Positions 33,892 to 43,939 of a stretch of 64,000 bases of DNA are shown here, piece after piece. Location of the stretch: assembly GCA_050260515.1 (NCBI GenBank), contig JBLNCI010000006.1:37273-101272 (forward strand). Direction: 5' to 3'. The notes under the pieces are model-generated. The model saw only the letters and a program-made list of their open reading frames with translations, searched no databases and was not told where the DNA came from. The DNA is from Gemmatimonas sp. (lineage in GTDB: Bacteria; Pseudomonadota; Alphaproteobacteria; SMXQ01). Each line of letters starts with the position of its first letter. Position 1 is the first letter of the stretch. The translations under genes were made by a program, and so were the position numbers.

Positions 33892-35988
33892 ATGGACGCG
33901 ATAGCACAGTTTTTTGCGAACGAAGGAGTCGTGGCGGCGGCGGCCGGTAAGGCGTTCCTCATCATGATGGACCCCGTGCGCCTCGGCTTCCTCTGCGCGG
34001 GGGCGATCCTCGGCCTCACGCTCGGCATCATCCCGGGCATCGGCGGACTGGCCGGCACCGCGATGCTGCTGCCGTTCACGTTCGACATGGACCCCTACAC
34101 GGCGTTCGCCTTCCTGTTGGGCCTCGGCTCGACGACGGCGACCGGCGATCCCATCCCCGCGATTCTGTTCGGCGTGCCCGGAGGTGCCGCCTCCGCGGCA
34201 ACCGTGCTCGACGGCTATCCGATGGCCAAACGCGGTGAGGCCGGCCGGGCGCTGTCGGCGGCCTACATGTCGTCGCTGATGGGCGGCCTGTTCGGCGCCG
34301 CGCTGATGGCGATCACCATTCCGATCCTTCGCCCCGTCATGCTGTTCATCGGCTCGCCCGAGCTTCTGGGCTTCGCCGTGTTCGGCATGTCGATGGTCGC
34401 CGTTCTGTCGGGCAGCGCGCCGCTGCGCGGCGTTGCGGCCGGCTGCTTCGGCATCATGCTGGCGATGATCGGCTCCGATCCGCAGACCGGCACGCTGCGG
34501 TGGACGTTCGACAGCCTCTATCTGTGGGACGGCCTGCCGCTGACGCCGCTGGTGCTCGGCCTCTACGCGCTGCCCGAGCTCTGCGACCTCCTTGTCCTGC
34601 GCACGTCGGTCGCCGCCGGCGGCGTCGGCCGCGAGGTCTACAAGGGCCAGTGGCAGGGCGTGAAGGACTGCTTCACCCACTGGTGGCTGATCATGCGCTG
34701 CTCGTGGATCGGCGGCGGCATCGGCTCGATCCCCGGCATCTCCGCCGCGGTGGTCGACTGGCTCGCCTACGGCCACGCGCTGCGCACCGAGAAGGGCGCG
34801 TCCAAGACCTTCGGGTCGGGCGACGTCCGCGGCGTCATCGCCTCGGAGTCGTCGAACAACGCCAAGGAGGGCGGCGCGCTGGTCCCGACCGTCGCCTTCG
34901 GCGTGCCGGGTTCCGCCACCATGGCGATCCTGCTCGGCGCGTTCCTGATCCACGGCCTCGTCCCGGGCCCGGACATGCTCACCAAGAACCTCGACATCAC
35001 CTTCTCGATGGTGTGGTCGATCGCCTTGGCGAACATCCTCGGCGCCGGCATGTGCTACGCGTTCAGCCCGCAGTTCGCCAAGCTCGCGACGCTCCGCTAC
35101 ACGCTGGTCCTGCCGGCGGTGCTGGGCATCGTCTATCTCGGCGCCTTCGAGGCGACCCGGCAGTGGGGCGATCTCTACGCCCTGCTGTTCTTCGGGCTCC
35201 TCGGCTGGATCATGAAGCAGTTCAAGTGGCCGCGGCCGCCGCTGCTTCTCGGCGTGGTGCTCGGCGACATCATCGAGCGGTACCTGTTCATCTCGGTCGA
35301 GCGCTACGGCATCGACTGGATGGCCCGCCCGGTGGTGGCGATCATGTTCATCCTCGCCTTCATCGGCCTGTTCAAGCCGTTCATCCAGGACATCCGCATC
35401 CAGGGTGGCGTCGGCAAGATGCTGACGCAGTGGCAGGCTCCGCGATTCAAGGTGTCGCAGCTCTTCACGATCTTCTTCCTCGTGATGATGGCTTCGCTGC
35501 TGTGGATGGCGAGCAAGTGGAACTTCGACGCGCGCATCGTCCCGATGATCGTGGGCGGTATCGGCACCGCGATGGTGGCGATCAGCCTGTTCAACGAGAT
35601 GTGCCGCAAGCCGACGGCGAAGAGGGTCGAAGGTCTGGCCGAGGCGGCGGAGCACGAAGTCGAGCAGAAGATCCACATGGACCTCGACTCGGGCACCAGT
35701 CACCTGTCGAACTGGGAGGTGATCCGCCGCGCGGCCCTGTTCTTCGGGTACCTGCTCGGCTTCATGGCGGTGATGGCCGTCATCGGCCTGATCCCGACCG
35801 CCGGGCTCTTCATCGTCTTCTTCATGCGCTACGAAGGGAAGGAGCGGTGGACCCTGACGCTGACGTACGCGGCCTGCACCGTGCTGCTGATCTACGTCAT
35901 GTTCGACCAGGTGATGGCGGTGCCGTGGCCGCAGACCCTGCTCGGGCAGTGGTTCCCCGAGTTGAAGAACATCATTCCGTCCGTCTGA
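33892..35988 (+). CDS. tctA: Tripartite tricarboxylate transporter permease, TctA fused to a C-terminal TctB-like 4-TM module
   Basis: 698 aa. The N-terminal ~500 aa are TctA-like (GIIPGIGGLAGTAMLLPFTF...GVPGGAASAATVLDGYPMAKRG...). The last ~190 aa form four further TM helices resembling TctB. Confidence 0.8.
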   Translation: MDAIAQFFANEGVVAAAAGKAFLIMMDPVRLGFLCAGAILGLTLGIIPGIGGLAGTAMLLPFTFDMDPYTAFAFLLGLGSTTATGDPIPAILFGVPGGAASAATVLDGYPMAKRGEAGRALSAAYMSSLMGGLFGAALMAITIPILRPVMLFIGSPELLGFAVFGMSMVAVLSGSAPLRGVAAGCFGIMLAMIGSDPQTGTLRWTFDSLYLWDGLPLTPLVLGLYALPELCDLLVLRTSVAAGGVGREVYKGQWQGVKDCFTHWWLIMRCSWIGGGIGSIPGISAAVVDWLAYGHALRTEKGASKTFGSGDVRGVIASESSNNAKEGGALVPTVAFGVPGSATMAILLGAFLIHGLVPGPDMLTKNLDITFSMVWSIALANILGAGMCYAFSPQFAKLATLRYTLVLPAVLGIVYLGAFEATRQWGDLYALLFFGLLGWIMKQFKWPRPPLLLGVVLGDIIERYLFISVERYGIDWMARPVVAIMFILAFIGLFKPFIQDIRIQGGVGKMLTQWQAPRFKVSQLFTIFFLVMMASLLWMASKWNFDARIVPMIVGGIGTAMVAISLFNEMCRKPTAKRVEGLAEAAEHEVEQKIHMDLDSGTSHLSNWEVIRRAALFFGYLLGFMAVMAVIGLIPTAGLFIVFFMRYEGKERWTLTLTYAACTVLLIYVMFDQVMAVPWPQTLLGQWFPELKNIIPSV

Positions 35989-36008
35989 ATTCCCCCTGCA
36001 CGGACGCT

Positions 36009-36041
36009 GGGGCGGGTGGCGACACCCGCCCCTCTTTTTTT
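36009..36041 (+). terminator. Intrinsic terminator after tctA (between convergent genes)
   Basis: GGGGCGGGTG(36009-36018)/CACCCGCCCC(36023-36032), GCGA loop, then TCTTTTTTT. Confidence 0.75.
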
Positions 36042-36044
36042 GGT

Positions 36045-36701
36045 TCAGCGGCCGCGCGCGGCGGCGGCGAGATCGGCGAATTGCGTCCGCCACGCCTCGG
36101 ACAGCGCCGGCAGCGCGGCAACGGCCTCGAGACGCGCGGCGTCGTCGCGCGCCGTCAGATAGATCCCCATCAGATCGGCGATGGTCAGCGGCGTCGTCGC
36201 GGTGTGGGTGCGCACGACCGCGTCTCCGGCAGTCACCGCGCCGGGCGCGATCACGCGAAGATAGAAGCCGACCCGGAGCGCTTTCGCGAACGCGGCCGGG
36301 AAGCGCTCGTCGCCCATGTGGATGCCGAGCTTGTAGCAGGGCACGCGCGGCTGGGTGACCTCGAACTCCGCGGCGCCGATGCGGAAACGGTCGCCGACGT
36401 GGACCGACGTCGACGGGAAGCCCTCGATCGACAGGTTCTCGCCGAACGCGCCCGGGCCGAGCGGCCGGCCGAGCCGGTCCTCCCAGAGCCCCGCGTCGGA
36501 GCGATCGAGGACATAGATCGCCTTGTCGGCGCCGCCGTGGTTGACGAGGTCCGCCTGTCCGTCGCCCGCGAGCCCGTTCGGTCCGGCCGCGACGGGCCCG
36601 GCGACCGGCGCCTTGGCGATGCCGGACGTCACCGGCTCGCCGCCGCGCATCCCGATGACCCGCGGCCGGCCGACGTTGACCGACAGGACCCGTCCGGTCA
36701 C
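36045..36701 (-). CDS. MOSC domain-containing protein (YiiM-like)
   Basis: GTG 36701 (GTGA overlap with upstream stop) inside ORF 36045..37439. GDGQADLVNHGGADKAIY...GAFGENLSIEG...GDRFRIGAAEFEVTQPRVPCYKLG. Confidence 0.8.
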   Translation of the reverse strand: MTGRVLSVNVGRPRVIGMRGGEPVTSGIAKAPVAGPVAAGPNGLAGDGQADLVNHGGADKAIYVLDRSDAGLWEDRLGRPLGPGAFGENLSIEGFPSTSVHVGDRFRIGAAEFEVTQPRVPCYKLGIHMGDERFPAAFAKALRVGFYLRVIAPGAVTAGDAVVRTHTATTPLTIADLMGIYLTARDDAARLEAVAALPALSEAWRTQFADLAAAARGR

Positions 36702-37408
36702 TTGGTCCCGATCTCGCGCTCGAGGAACGCGAGCGCCTTGGCCCAGGAATCCTCCGCCTGCTTCGGCCGGTGCTGCTCGGGGCGGACGAAGTTCTGGAAC
36801 GCGTGCGCGGCGCCGTCGTAGCGGTGGAACTCGTGGCGCACGCCGAGCCGCGTCAGCTCGGCGTCGATGCGGTCGACGTCGGCGGGCGACGGGTTCTTGT
36901 CGTCGTTGCCGAAGAAGCCCGCGACCGCCGCCTTGAGCCCGCTCAGGCGCTCGAACGCCGACGGGCCGCCTTCGCCCCACGGCTTGAACATGTTGCCGCA
37001 GTAGTTGATCACCGCCGCCCGGAAGTAGGGCGTCGACGAAGCGCCGACGAAGGCCGCGCGTCCGCCCATGCAGTGGCCGAGGATGGCGAGGCGGTCGGCA
37101 GCGACGATGCCGCCCCGGATCAGATGCTCGGCGGTCGCTTTCGTGTCCGCGAGCACCTGGTCGTCGCGCAGCAGCGTCAGCGCGTCCGGGTTCTCCGGCC
37201 CGCCGGCGGAGCGATGGAACAGATCGGGGGCAGCGGCCGCGAACCCCGCGGCGGCGAGACGGTCGACGCGGTCCTTGGTGAACGCGTCGATGCCGGCGCG
37301 ATGGAACATGACCACGACGCCGGGAAACGGCGCGGTGCCCTCCGGCACGGCGACGTAGATCGACATCGGCTTGCTGTCGACGGTGATGGTGTCCATGCGC
37401 GACGGCAT
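36698..37408 (-). CDS. Dienelactone hydrolase family protein
   Basis: 236 aa. PGVVVMFHRAGIDAF...LAILGHCMGGRAAF...YDGAAHAF (nucleophile-elbow Cys and His). Confidence 0.8.
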   Translation of the reverse strand: MPSRMDTITVDSKPMSIYVAVPEGTAPFPGVVVMFHRAGIDAFTKDRVDRLAAAGFAAAAPDLFHRSAGGPENPDALTLLRDDQVLADTKATAEHLIRGGIVAADRLAILGHCMGGRAAFVGASSTPYFRAAVINYCGNMFKPWGEGGPSAFERLSGLKAAVAGFFGNDDKNPSPADVDRIDAELTRLGVRHEFHRYDGAAHAFQNFVRPEQHRPKQAEDSWAKALAFLEREIGTK

Positions 37409-37478
37409 CGCTTCCTCCCGTAGATCGTTGCGGCGGCAACTCTACGGGCGGTCGTGGCGGGCGTCAAAAGCGCGGGCC

Positions 37479-38165
37479 TCAGTGCACGCCGATCGCCGGA
37501 GGCACGTAGAAGGGCGGGTCGGGCCAGTAGTCGACGAACATGTTGACGCGCCGGGAGCCGCCCGCGTTCTTCACCGAGTGCGTCACGCGGTTGTTGAAGT
37601 CGTAGACGCGGCCGGGTCGCATCGAGAACTTCTTCTTCGCGATTTTGTAGCGGACGTCGCCGGCGCCGGTGAGCGGCACGTGAAGGCGGTGGCACACGGC
37701 CGCGTACGGCTGGCCGTCGATGTGGGGCAGGATCTCCGCGTGCGGATTGAGCGCGACGAGCGCGATCCGCACCACGACGCCGCGCGGCGTGCGCACCGGG
37801 CGGATCGCCTGCTCGACCAGCGGTTCGAGCAGGGGCCGGTACTCGTCCCACTCACGGAACGTGTACACCGGCCCCATCGCCGTTTCGTCCTTGCCGACCG
37901 GGAGGAAGGGCGTCGGATCGAGGCCCTTCGGCCGAGCCCACGCGCGCACGAGGTCGCCGAGCTCATGGGCGCCCCACGGGTTCTCGTCGCGGACCCACTC
38001 GTGGCGCAGGATGATGGTCTGGGTCGCCGCGTGCACCTTGTCCGCGAGCATCTCCTGGCGGAACGTGTTGCGCGTCCACGCGTCGTCTGGCAGCCCGGCG
38101 ACGAAATCGGCGGCCGCGCGCACGTCGATCGCGCCGAGGTCGCGGTAGGGGACGCCGATATCCAT
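37479..38165 (-). CDS. Aspartyl/asparaginyl beta-hydroxylase-family (cupin) protein
   Basis: ATG 38165 preceded by GGAGA (a longer start at 38207 is possible). ...ILPHIDGQPY...HRLHVPL...GRVYDFNNRVTHSVKN... Confidence 0.7.
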   Translation of the reverse strand: MDIGVPYRDLGAIDVRAAADFVAGLPDDAWTRNTFRQEMLADKVHAATQTIILRHEWVRDENPWGAHELGDLVRAWARPKGLDPTPFLPVGKDETAMGPVYTFREWDEYRPLLEPLVEQAIRPVRTPRGVVVRIALVALNPHAEILPHIDGQPYAAVCHRLHVPLTGAGDVRYKIAKKKFSMRPGRVYDFNNRVTHSVKNAGGSRRVNMFVDYWPDPPFYVPPAIGVH

Positions 38166-38331
38166 GTCGATCTCCGTGGCGCGCCGCCGCTGGCCGCCGG
38201 GGAACATTTTATCGGCTGCGGCGCTTTCGGGACAAGGAAGCCGATGTCACGGCCGTGCCGTGATCCAGGTCAAGGTGGCGGCCCGGCCGGGCTCCTAACG
38301 TTCGAAATTCCACCAGCAGAAGGAGGTTTCC

Positions 38332-38841
38332 ATGCCCAAGAACGAACCCGAGGTGCTGTCGGCCGAGAAAGCCGGTGTCCCTGCCCGTGGCGCGTGGCCG
38401 TTGATGGACCTTCACCGGGAGATCGACCGTCTGTTCGACGACTTCGGCCGCGGCTTCTTCGACATGCCGTCGTTTCGCCGGGCGGAGGCGATGGTCCCGC
38501 AGCTCTCGACCCGCACCAACGTCGCCGAGACGGACGGCGCCTATGAGATCGAGATGGAGCTGCCGGGCATCGAGGAGAAGGACATCGACGTGAAGATCGC
38601 GGGCGATGTCCTGACCGTCTCCGGCGAGCGCAAGGAGGAGAAGGACGAGCAGAAGAAGGAGTATCACCTCGTCGAGCGCAGCTACGGCTCGTTCCGCCGT
38701 TCCTTCACGCTGCCGGAAAACGTCGCCCAGGAGAAGATCGCCGCGACCTTCAAGAACGGCGTGCTCTCGGTGATGCTGCCGAAGAAGGAAACCGGCAAGT
38801 CGGCGCAAGGCGAGAAGAAGATCGAGATCAAGGCGGGCTGA
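38332..38841 (+). CDS. Hsp20/alpha-crystallin small heat-shock protein
   Basis: 169 aa. ...TNVAETDGAYEIEMELPGIEEKDIDVKIAGDVLTVSGERKEE...ERSYGSFRRSFTLPENV...ATFKNGVLSVMLPK. Confidence 0.95.
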   Translation: MPKNEPEVLSAEKAGVPARGAWPLMDLHREIDRLFDDFGRGFFDMPSFRRAEAMVPQLSTRTNVAETDGAYEIEMELPGIEEKDIDVKIAGDVLTVSGERKEEKDEQKKEYHLVERSYGSFRRSFTLPENVAQEKIAATFKNGVLSVMLPKKETGKSAQGEKKIEIKAG

Positions 38842-38859
38842 GGCGCCGACACGCCTGCG

Positions 38860-38890
38860 GGCGCGCCCGGTCCGGCGCGCCTCTCTTCTT
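38860..38890 (+). terminator. Hairpin with T/C-rich tail after the hsp20 gene
   Basis: GGCGCGCC(38860-38867)/GGCGCGCC(38874-38881) followed by TCTCTTCTT; weak U-tract. Confidence 0.4.
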
Positions 38891-38904
38891 CTCTCTGTCT
38901 TCGG

Positions 38905-39750
38905 CTAGAGGCGCTCGAGGTACGCCGGCACGGCGAACGCCGCGCGGTGGATCTCCGGCGTGTAGTACCGGGTGCGGATGCGCGACGCGCGGAACCGCCG
39001 CGTCAGGGTCGCGAGCGACACCGTGCGGTTCTTCGGATCGAGACTCGACCAAGACAGCGCCATGGCGCCGCCGATGTAGGTCGGCACCGGGACGAACAGG
39101 AACGCCGTGTCGTTGAACAGCTTGCGCAGGCGCTTGCGCGTGGTCGCGAGTTCGTCGCCTTGGAGGAACGGCACGCCGTTCTGGGTGACGAGGATGCCGC
39201 GCGGCGTCAGGCAGCGCTTGCACGCCGCGTAGAAGTCGGTGCGGAACAGCACCTCGGCGGGGCCGATCGGGTCGGTCGAGTCGACGAGGATGACGTCGAA
39301 CCGCTCGCGCGTCTCGGCCACGTACTTGACGCCGTCGGCGATGACGAGATCGGTGCGCTTGTCCTCGAATGCGCGCCCGCAGATCGACGGCAGGTACTTC
39401 CGGCAGACCTCGACGACCGAGCCGTCGATCTCCACCATCGTCGCGCGCGTCACGGTGCGGTGCTTCAGCACCTCTTCGAGGATGCCGCCGTCGCCACCGC
39501 CGATGATCAGCACCTTGCGCGCGCGGCCGTGCGCGAGCAGCGCCGGGTGCACCATCATCTCGTGGTAGAAGAACTCGTCCCGCTCGGTCGTCTGGCACAC
39601 GCCGTCGAGCGCGAGCACGCGGCCGAACGCCGGCGTCTCGTGGATCTCGAGGGTCTGGTAGGGGGTCTTCCTGCGGTAGAGCGTGCGGGTGACGAGGAAA
39701 CGCTGCCCGTAGTCCGGGTACAGCGTTTCCTCGAACCACCGCTTGGTCAC
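38905..39750 (-). CDS. speE: Spermidine synthase
   Basis: GTG 39750 inside ORF 38905..40257. ...LDGVCQTTERDEFFYHEMMVHP...VLIIGGGDGGILEEVLKH...DVILVDSTDPIGPAEVLF. Confidence 0.9.
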   Translation of the reverse strand: MTKRWFEETLYPDYGQRFLVTRTLYRRKTPYQTLEIHETPAFGRVLALDGVCQTTERDEFFYHEMMVHPALLAHGRARKVLIIGGGDGGILEEVLKHRTVTRATMVEIDGSVVEVCRKYLPSICGRAFEDKRTDLVIADGVKYVAETRERFDVILVDSTDPIGPAEVLFRTDFYAACKRCLTPRGILVTQNGVPFLQGDELATTRKRLRKLFNDTAFLFVPVPTYIGGAMALSWSSLDPKNRTVSLATLTRRFRASRIRTRYYTPEIHRAAFAVPAYLERL

Positions 39751-40223
39751 TCGACCATGCCCCGCTTGTGCTCGGCGATCTGCACGTGCGAAGGCCGGAA
39801 GCACGCGCGCAGCACCGCGATCGCCTTGTGGGGCTCGGCGCTGCCGCACATGAAGATGTCGACCGCCGCGTAGCCTCGCTCCGGCCAGGTGTGGATGCTG
39901 ATGTGCGACTCGGCCAGCACCGCGACGCCGGAGATCCCGCCGTTCTCGCTGAAGCGGTGAACGTGGAGATAGAGAAGGGTGGCCCCGCACGTCTCCGTCA
40001 CGTCGCGCAGCATCTGCTCGACGGCATCGCCGTCGTCGAGACCGCCCGCGCCCCACAGGTCGACGATGAGGTGCGTTCCGGCGAACTTCAGCCCGTTTTT
40101 CTCGACGAAGTAGTCCTTGCCGTTGGACGTCGTATCGCGATCGGCGGCGAGGGCGACGCCCTTGGCGACCTGACCGAGTTCGACGACGACGCCCGAGTTC
40201 CGAGCGGACAGTTTGCGCGGCAT
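39747..40223 (-). CDS. speD: S-adenosylmethionine decarboxylase proenzyme (pyruvoyl type)
   Basis: 158 aa. ...GVAVLAESHISIHTWPERGYAAVDIFMCG... contains the ES self-cleavage site. GTGA overlap with speE. Confidence 0.9.
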   Translation of the reverse strand: MPRKLSARNSGVVVELGQVAKGVALAADRDTTSNGKDYFVEKNGLKFAGTHLIVDLWGAGGLDDGDAVEQMLRDVTETCGATLLYLHVHRFSENGGISGVAVLAESHISIHTWPERGYAAVDIFMCGSAEPHKAIAVLRACFRPSHVQIAEHKRGMVE

Positions 40224-40385
40224 TCCACCCCCTCCATCGGGAAGACGTTGGGTCCAAAAGTCAGGGGGCGTATGTGGGGCAAATCACCCCCCAATGCAAG
40301 AAAAAATCCGCCCCGTCCGCGGGCCGCCGTCGCATGTCACGCCGACGGCGGCGACCGCTTCGTGACACGAATTCCGAGTCGGGGA

Positions 40386-41798
40386 CTAGAGGATCTTTCC
40401 GGGGTTCATGATGCCGGCGGGATCGAACGCGCTCTTGATGCGCTGCATCAGCTCGAGCTCGAGCGCGCCGCGGTAGCGCTTGAGCTCGCCCTTCTTCAGG
40501 ACTCCGATGCCGTGCTCGGCCGAGAACGAGCCGCCGAGTTCGGCGACGATGTCGTGGACCACGCGGTTGAGCCGCTCCCAGTCCTTGAGGAAGGTCGCCT
40601 TGTCCGCGCCGACGGGCTGGCTGACATTGAAATGGATGTTGCCGTCGCCCATGTGGCCGAACGCGAACACGCGGGCCCCGGGAAGCGCCGCCTCGACGGC
40701 CTTGGTGCCGCGCACGATGAACTCCGGAATCCGCGACACCGGAACCGAGACGTCGTGCTTGATCGAGCCGCCCTCGCGGGTCTGGCTCTCCGGCAGGATC
40801 TCGCGCAGGCGCCACAGCGCCTTGCCTTGCGTCTCGCTGGCGGCGATCGTGCCGTCGACGATGCGCCCTTTTTCGAGCGCGGACTCCAGGATGCCCTCGA
40901 GCCGGCGGCGCAGGCCGTCGCCGGTTTCGGGCGAGGTGAGCTCGATCAGCACGTACCACGGCGAATCGGTCGCGAGCGGCGTGCTGGTTCCCGGAAAGTG
41001 CTTGGTCACGAGCTCGATGCCGATGCGCGGAATCAGCTCGAAGGCGGAGACCGCCTCGCCGGACGCGGCCCGCGCCTCGTTGAGCAGCGCGAGCGCGGAA
41101 GCGACGTCGGGCACCGCGAGGAACGCCGTCTCGCGGCTGGCCGGCAGCGGGAACAGCTTCAGCACCGCGGCGGTGATCACGCCGAGCGTGCCCTCGGCGC
41201 CGACGAAGAGATGCTTGAGGTCGTAGCCGGTGTTGTCCTTCCGCAGGCTGCGCAGGCCGTCCCACACGCGCCCGTCGGGCAGGACGACCTCGAGCCCGAG
41301 CACCAGCTCGCGGGCGTTGCCGTAGCGCAGCACCCCGACGCCCCCGGCGTTGGTCGAGAGATTGCCGCCGATCATGCAGCTCCCCTCGGCACCGAGGCTC
41401 AACGGAAACAGCCGGCCGGCGTCGCGCGCCTTGTCCTGCAGGTCCTTGAGCACGCAGCCCGCCTCCACGGTCATCGTGTTGTTGGCCGGGTCAATCGCGC
41501 GCACGCGGTTCATGCGCCCGAGGCTGAGGACGATGCCCTTGGCGCCGGCCGGCGGCACCGAGCCGCCGACCAGCCCGGTGTTGCCGCCCTGCGGCACGAT
41601 CGGGAGCCGCGCCTCGGCGGCGATGCGGACGACGTCCGAAACCTCTGCGGTGGATGCCGGGCGGACGACGGCGAGCGCGGTGCCGTGGAACAGGTCGCGC
41701 TCGTCGTTCACGTGAGGCGCGATCCCGGACGGGTCCTCGATCATTCCCTTGGCGCCGACGACCTGACGGATGGCGGCGAGCGCTGCCTGCGGATCCAT
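40386..41798 (-). CDS. FAD-linked oxidase (GlcD / D-2-hydroxyacid dehydrogenase family)
   Basis: 470 aa. ...IVPQGGNTGLVGGS... FAD-binding PCMH domain and C-terminal FAD-oxidase domain ...EHGIGVLKK... Confidence 0.85.
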   Translation of the reverse strand: MDPQAALAAIRQVVGAKGMIEDPSGIAPHVNDERDLFHGTALAVVRPASTAEVSDVVRIAAEARLPIVPQGGNTGLVGGSVPPAGAKGIVLSLGRMNRVRAIDPANNTMTVEAGCVLKDLQDKARDAGRLFPLSLGAEGSCMIGGNLSTNAGGVGVLRYGNARELVLGLEVVLPDGRVWDGLRSLRKDNTGYDLKHLFVGAEGTLGVITAAVLKLFPLPASRETAFLAVPDVASALALLNEARAASGEAVSAFELIPRIGIELVTKHFPGTSTPLATDSPWYVLIELTSPETGDGLRRRLEGILESALEKGRIVDGTIAASETQGKALWRLREILPESQTREGGSIKHDVSVPVSRIPEFIVRGTKAVEAALPGARVFAFGHMGDGNIHFNVSQPVGADKATFLKDWERLNRVVHDIVAELGGSFSAEHGIGVLKKGELKRYRGALELELMQRIKSAFDPAGIMNPGKIL

Positions 41799-41874
41799 GC
41801 ACCTCTCCCGAAAAGGCGATTAAAGCCCGCGACGCGCGCAGCGGCAATCGGCGGGTGATTTTGCCGGGCGGCGA

Positions 41875-42848
41875 CTACGCCGGCGTCGCCGCGCGCTTGA
41901 GGCGGTCGTTGATCGCTTCGCCGAGCCCGTCGGCGGGGATCGGCATCACCGCGATCGCCGAGTATTGCGGTCGGTCGAGGGCACGGAGCATCCGGAACAG
42001 ATTGGCCGCCGCCTCCATGAGGTCTCCCGACGCGCTGAGATTGAGCACGCCGTCGCCGCTCGGCGCGCTGGGCCCGAATGCGAGCAGCGCCTCGCCGGGA
42101 TTGCGCTCGTGCGCGCCGAGGCGCACCGGACGGCCGGGCGCGTAGTGGCGCGCCAGCATTCCGGGGGACGCCAGTCCCCGGCCGTCCTCGGCGACGGGAG
42201 CGCCACGCGCGAGCTCGCGACCGAGCGCTTCCATGAGCGCCGCGCCGGTGACGGCTCCCGGCCGCAGCAGCACCGGCATCGCCCCCGAGAGATCGAGCAC
42301 GGTGGATTCGATGCCGACCGTGCACGGTCCGCCGTCGAGGATCAGATCGACGGCGTCGCCGAGCGATGCCGCGACGTGCTCCGCCGCCGTCGGGCTGATC
42401 TCTCCCGAGCGGTTCGCCGAGGGCGCTGCGATCGGCACTCCGGCGGCGCGCAGCAGATCGCGCGCGACGGGATGCGCGGGGCTCCGCACCGCGGCAGTAT
42501 CGAGGCCGGCGGAGACGAGAAGCGACAGCCTGCAATCGCTGCGGCGCGGCAGGACCAATGTCAGTGGCCCCGGCCAGAAGCGCTCGATGAGCTGCGCGGC
42601 GAGCTCGCTCACCACCACGTGGGCGGCGGCCGCCTCGCGGTCGAGGACATGGACGATGAGCGGGTTGAAGCGCGGCCGGCCTTTTGCCGCGAAGATCGAC
42701 GCGCAGGCGGCGTCGTTGGTCGCGTCGGCGCCGAGGCCGTACACGGTTTCGGTCGGGAACGCGACGAGGCGGCCCGCGCGCACGAGCCGCGCGGCGTCCC
42801 CGATCGCGGCCGGCGTGGCGGCGACGATCTGACGGTGCGGGTCGGCCA

Positions 42849-42849
<1 letters not shown>
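41875..42849 (-). CDS. L-threonylcarbamoyladenylate synthase, long Sua5/YwlC type
   Basis: ATG 42849 inside ORF 41875..42981. ...VAFPTETVYGLGADATN...KGRPRFNPLIVHV...SANRSGEISPT... plus a Sua5 C-terminal domain. Confidence 0.85.
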
Positions 42850-43622
<773 letters not shown>

Positions 43623-43749
43623 CCGTGTCCTCGGGTTGCCGCAAGGCGATATAGCGGATGGCGACGGCGGGCAAGCGCCGCAACGGAAGCCGCAAAGGAA
43701 AGGGCGGATCGCGTCGGATCCGCCCGCTGAGACGTTTGCGATGGGCCTT

Positions 43750-43922
43750 TCTGCACAGGGACGATGGCAGGACCATGCCTGTGCAGAAGTGTCCCATCTG
43801 TCCCAGGTGTCCCAAATGGTCCCCGATTCCCGGTGTGGGACAGTGGGACACTTTTGCTTAACGCATTGGAATGGCTACGTAATCCGGGGTTTCAAGTGTC
43901 CCACGGCGGGTCCGCTGTCCCA
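43750..43922. repeat. Cluster of GTCCCA/TGGGAC repeats preceded by a 10-bp perfect inverted repeat
   Basis: Inverted repeat TCTGCACAGG(43750-43759)/CCTGTGCAGA(43778-43787). GTCCCA at 43791, 43800, 43809; GTCCCC at 43819. Inverted TGGGAC at 43836 and 43844. GTCCCA again at 43898 and 43917. Confidence 0.7.
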
Positions 43923-43939
43923 GCGGTGCCGGGTCGTGG

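Noticed and set aside
40224-40385. A riboswitch or leader upstream of speD (minus strand).
   Set aside because: No motif I recognise. The known alphaproteobacterial polyamine leader (speF) is associated with ornithine decarboxylase, not speD. Only a weak hairpin plus T6 was seen, probably a terminator for the upstream oxidase gene.
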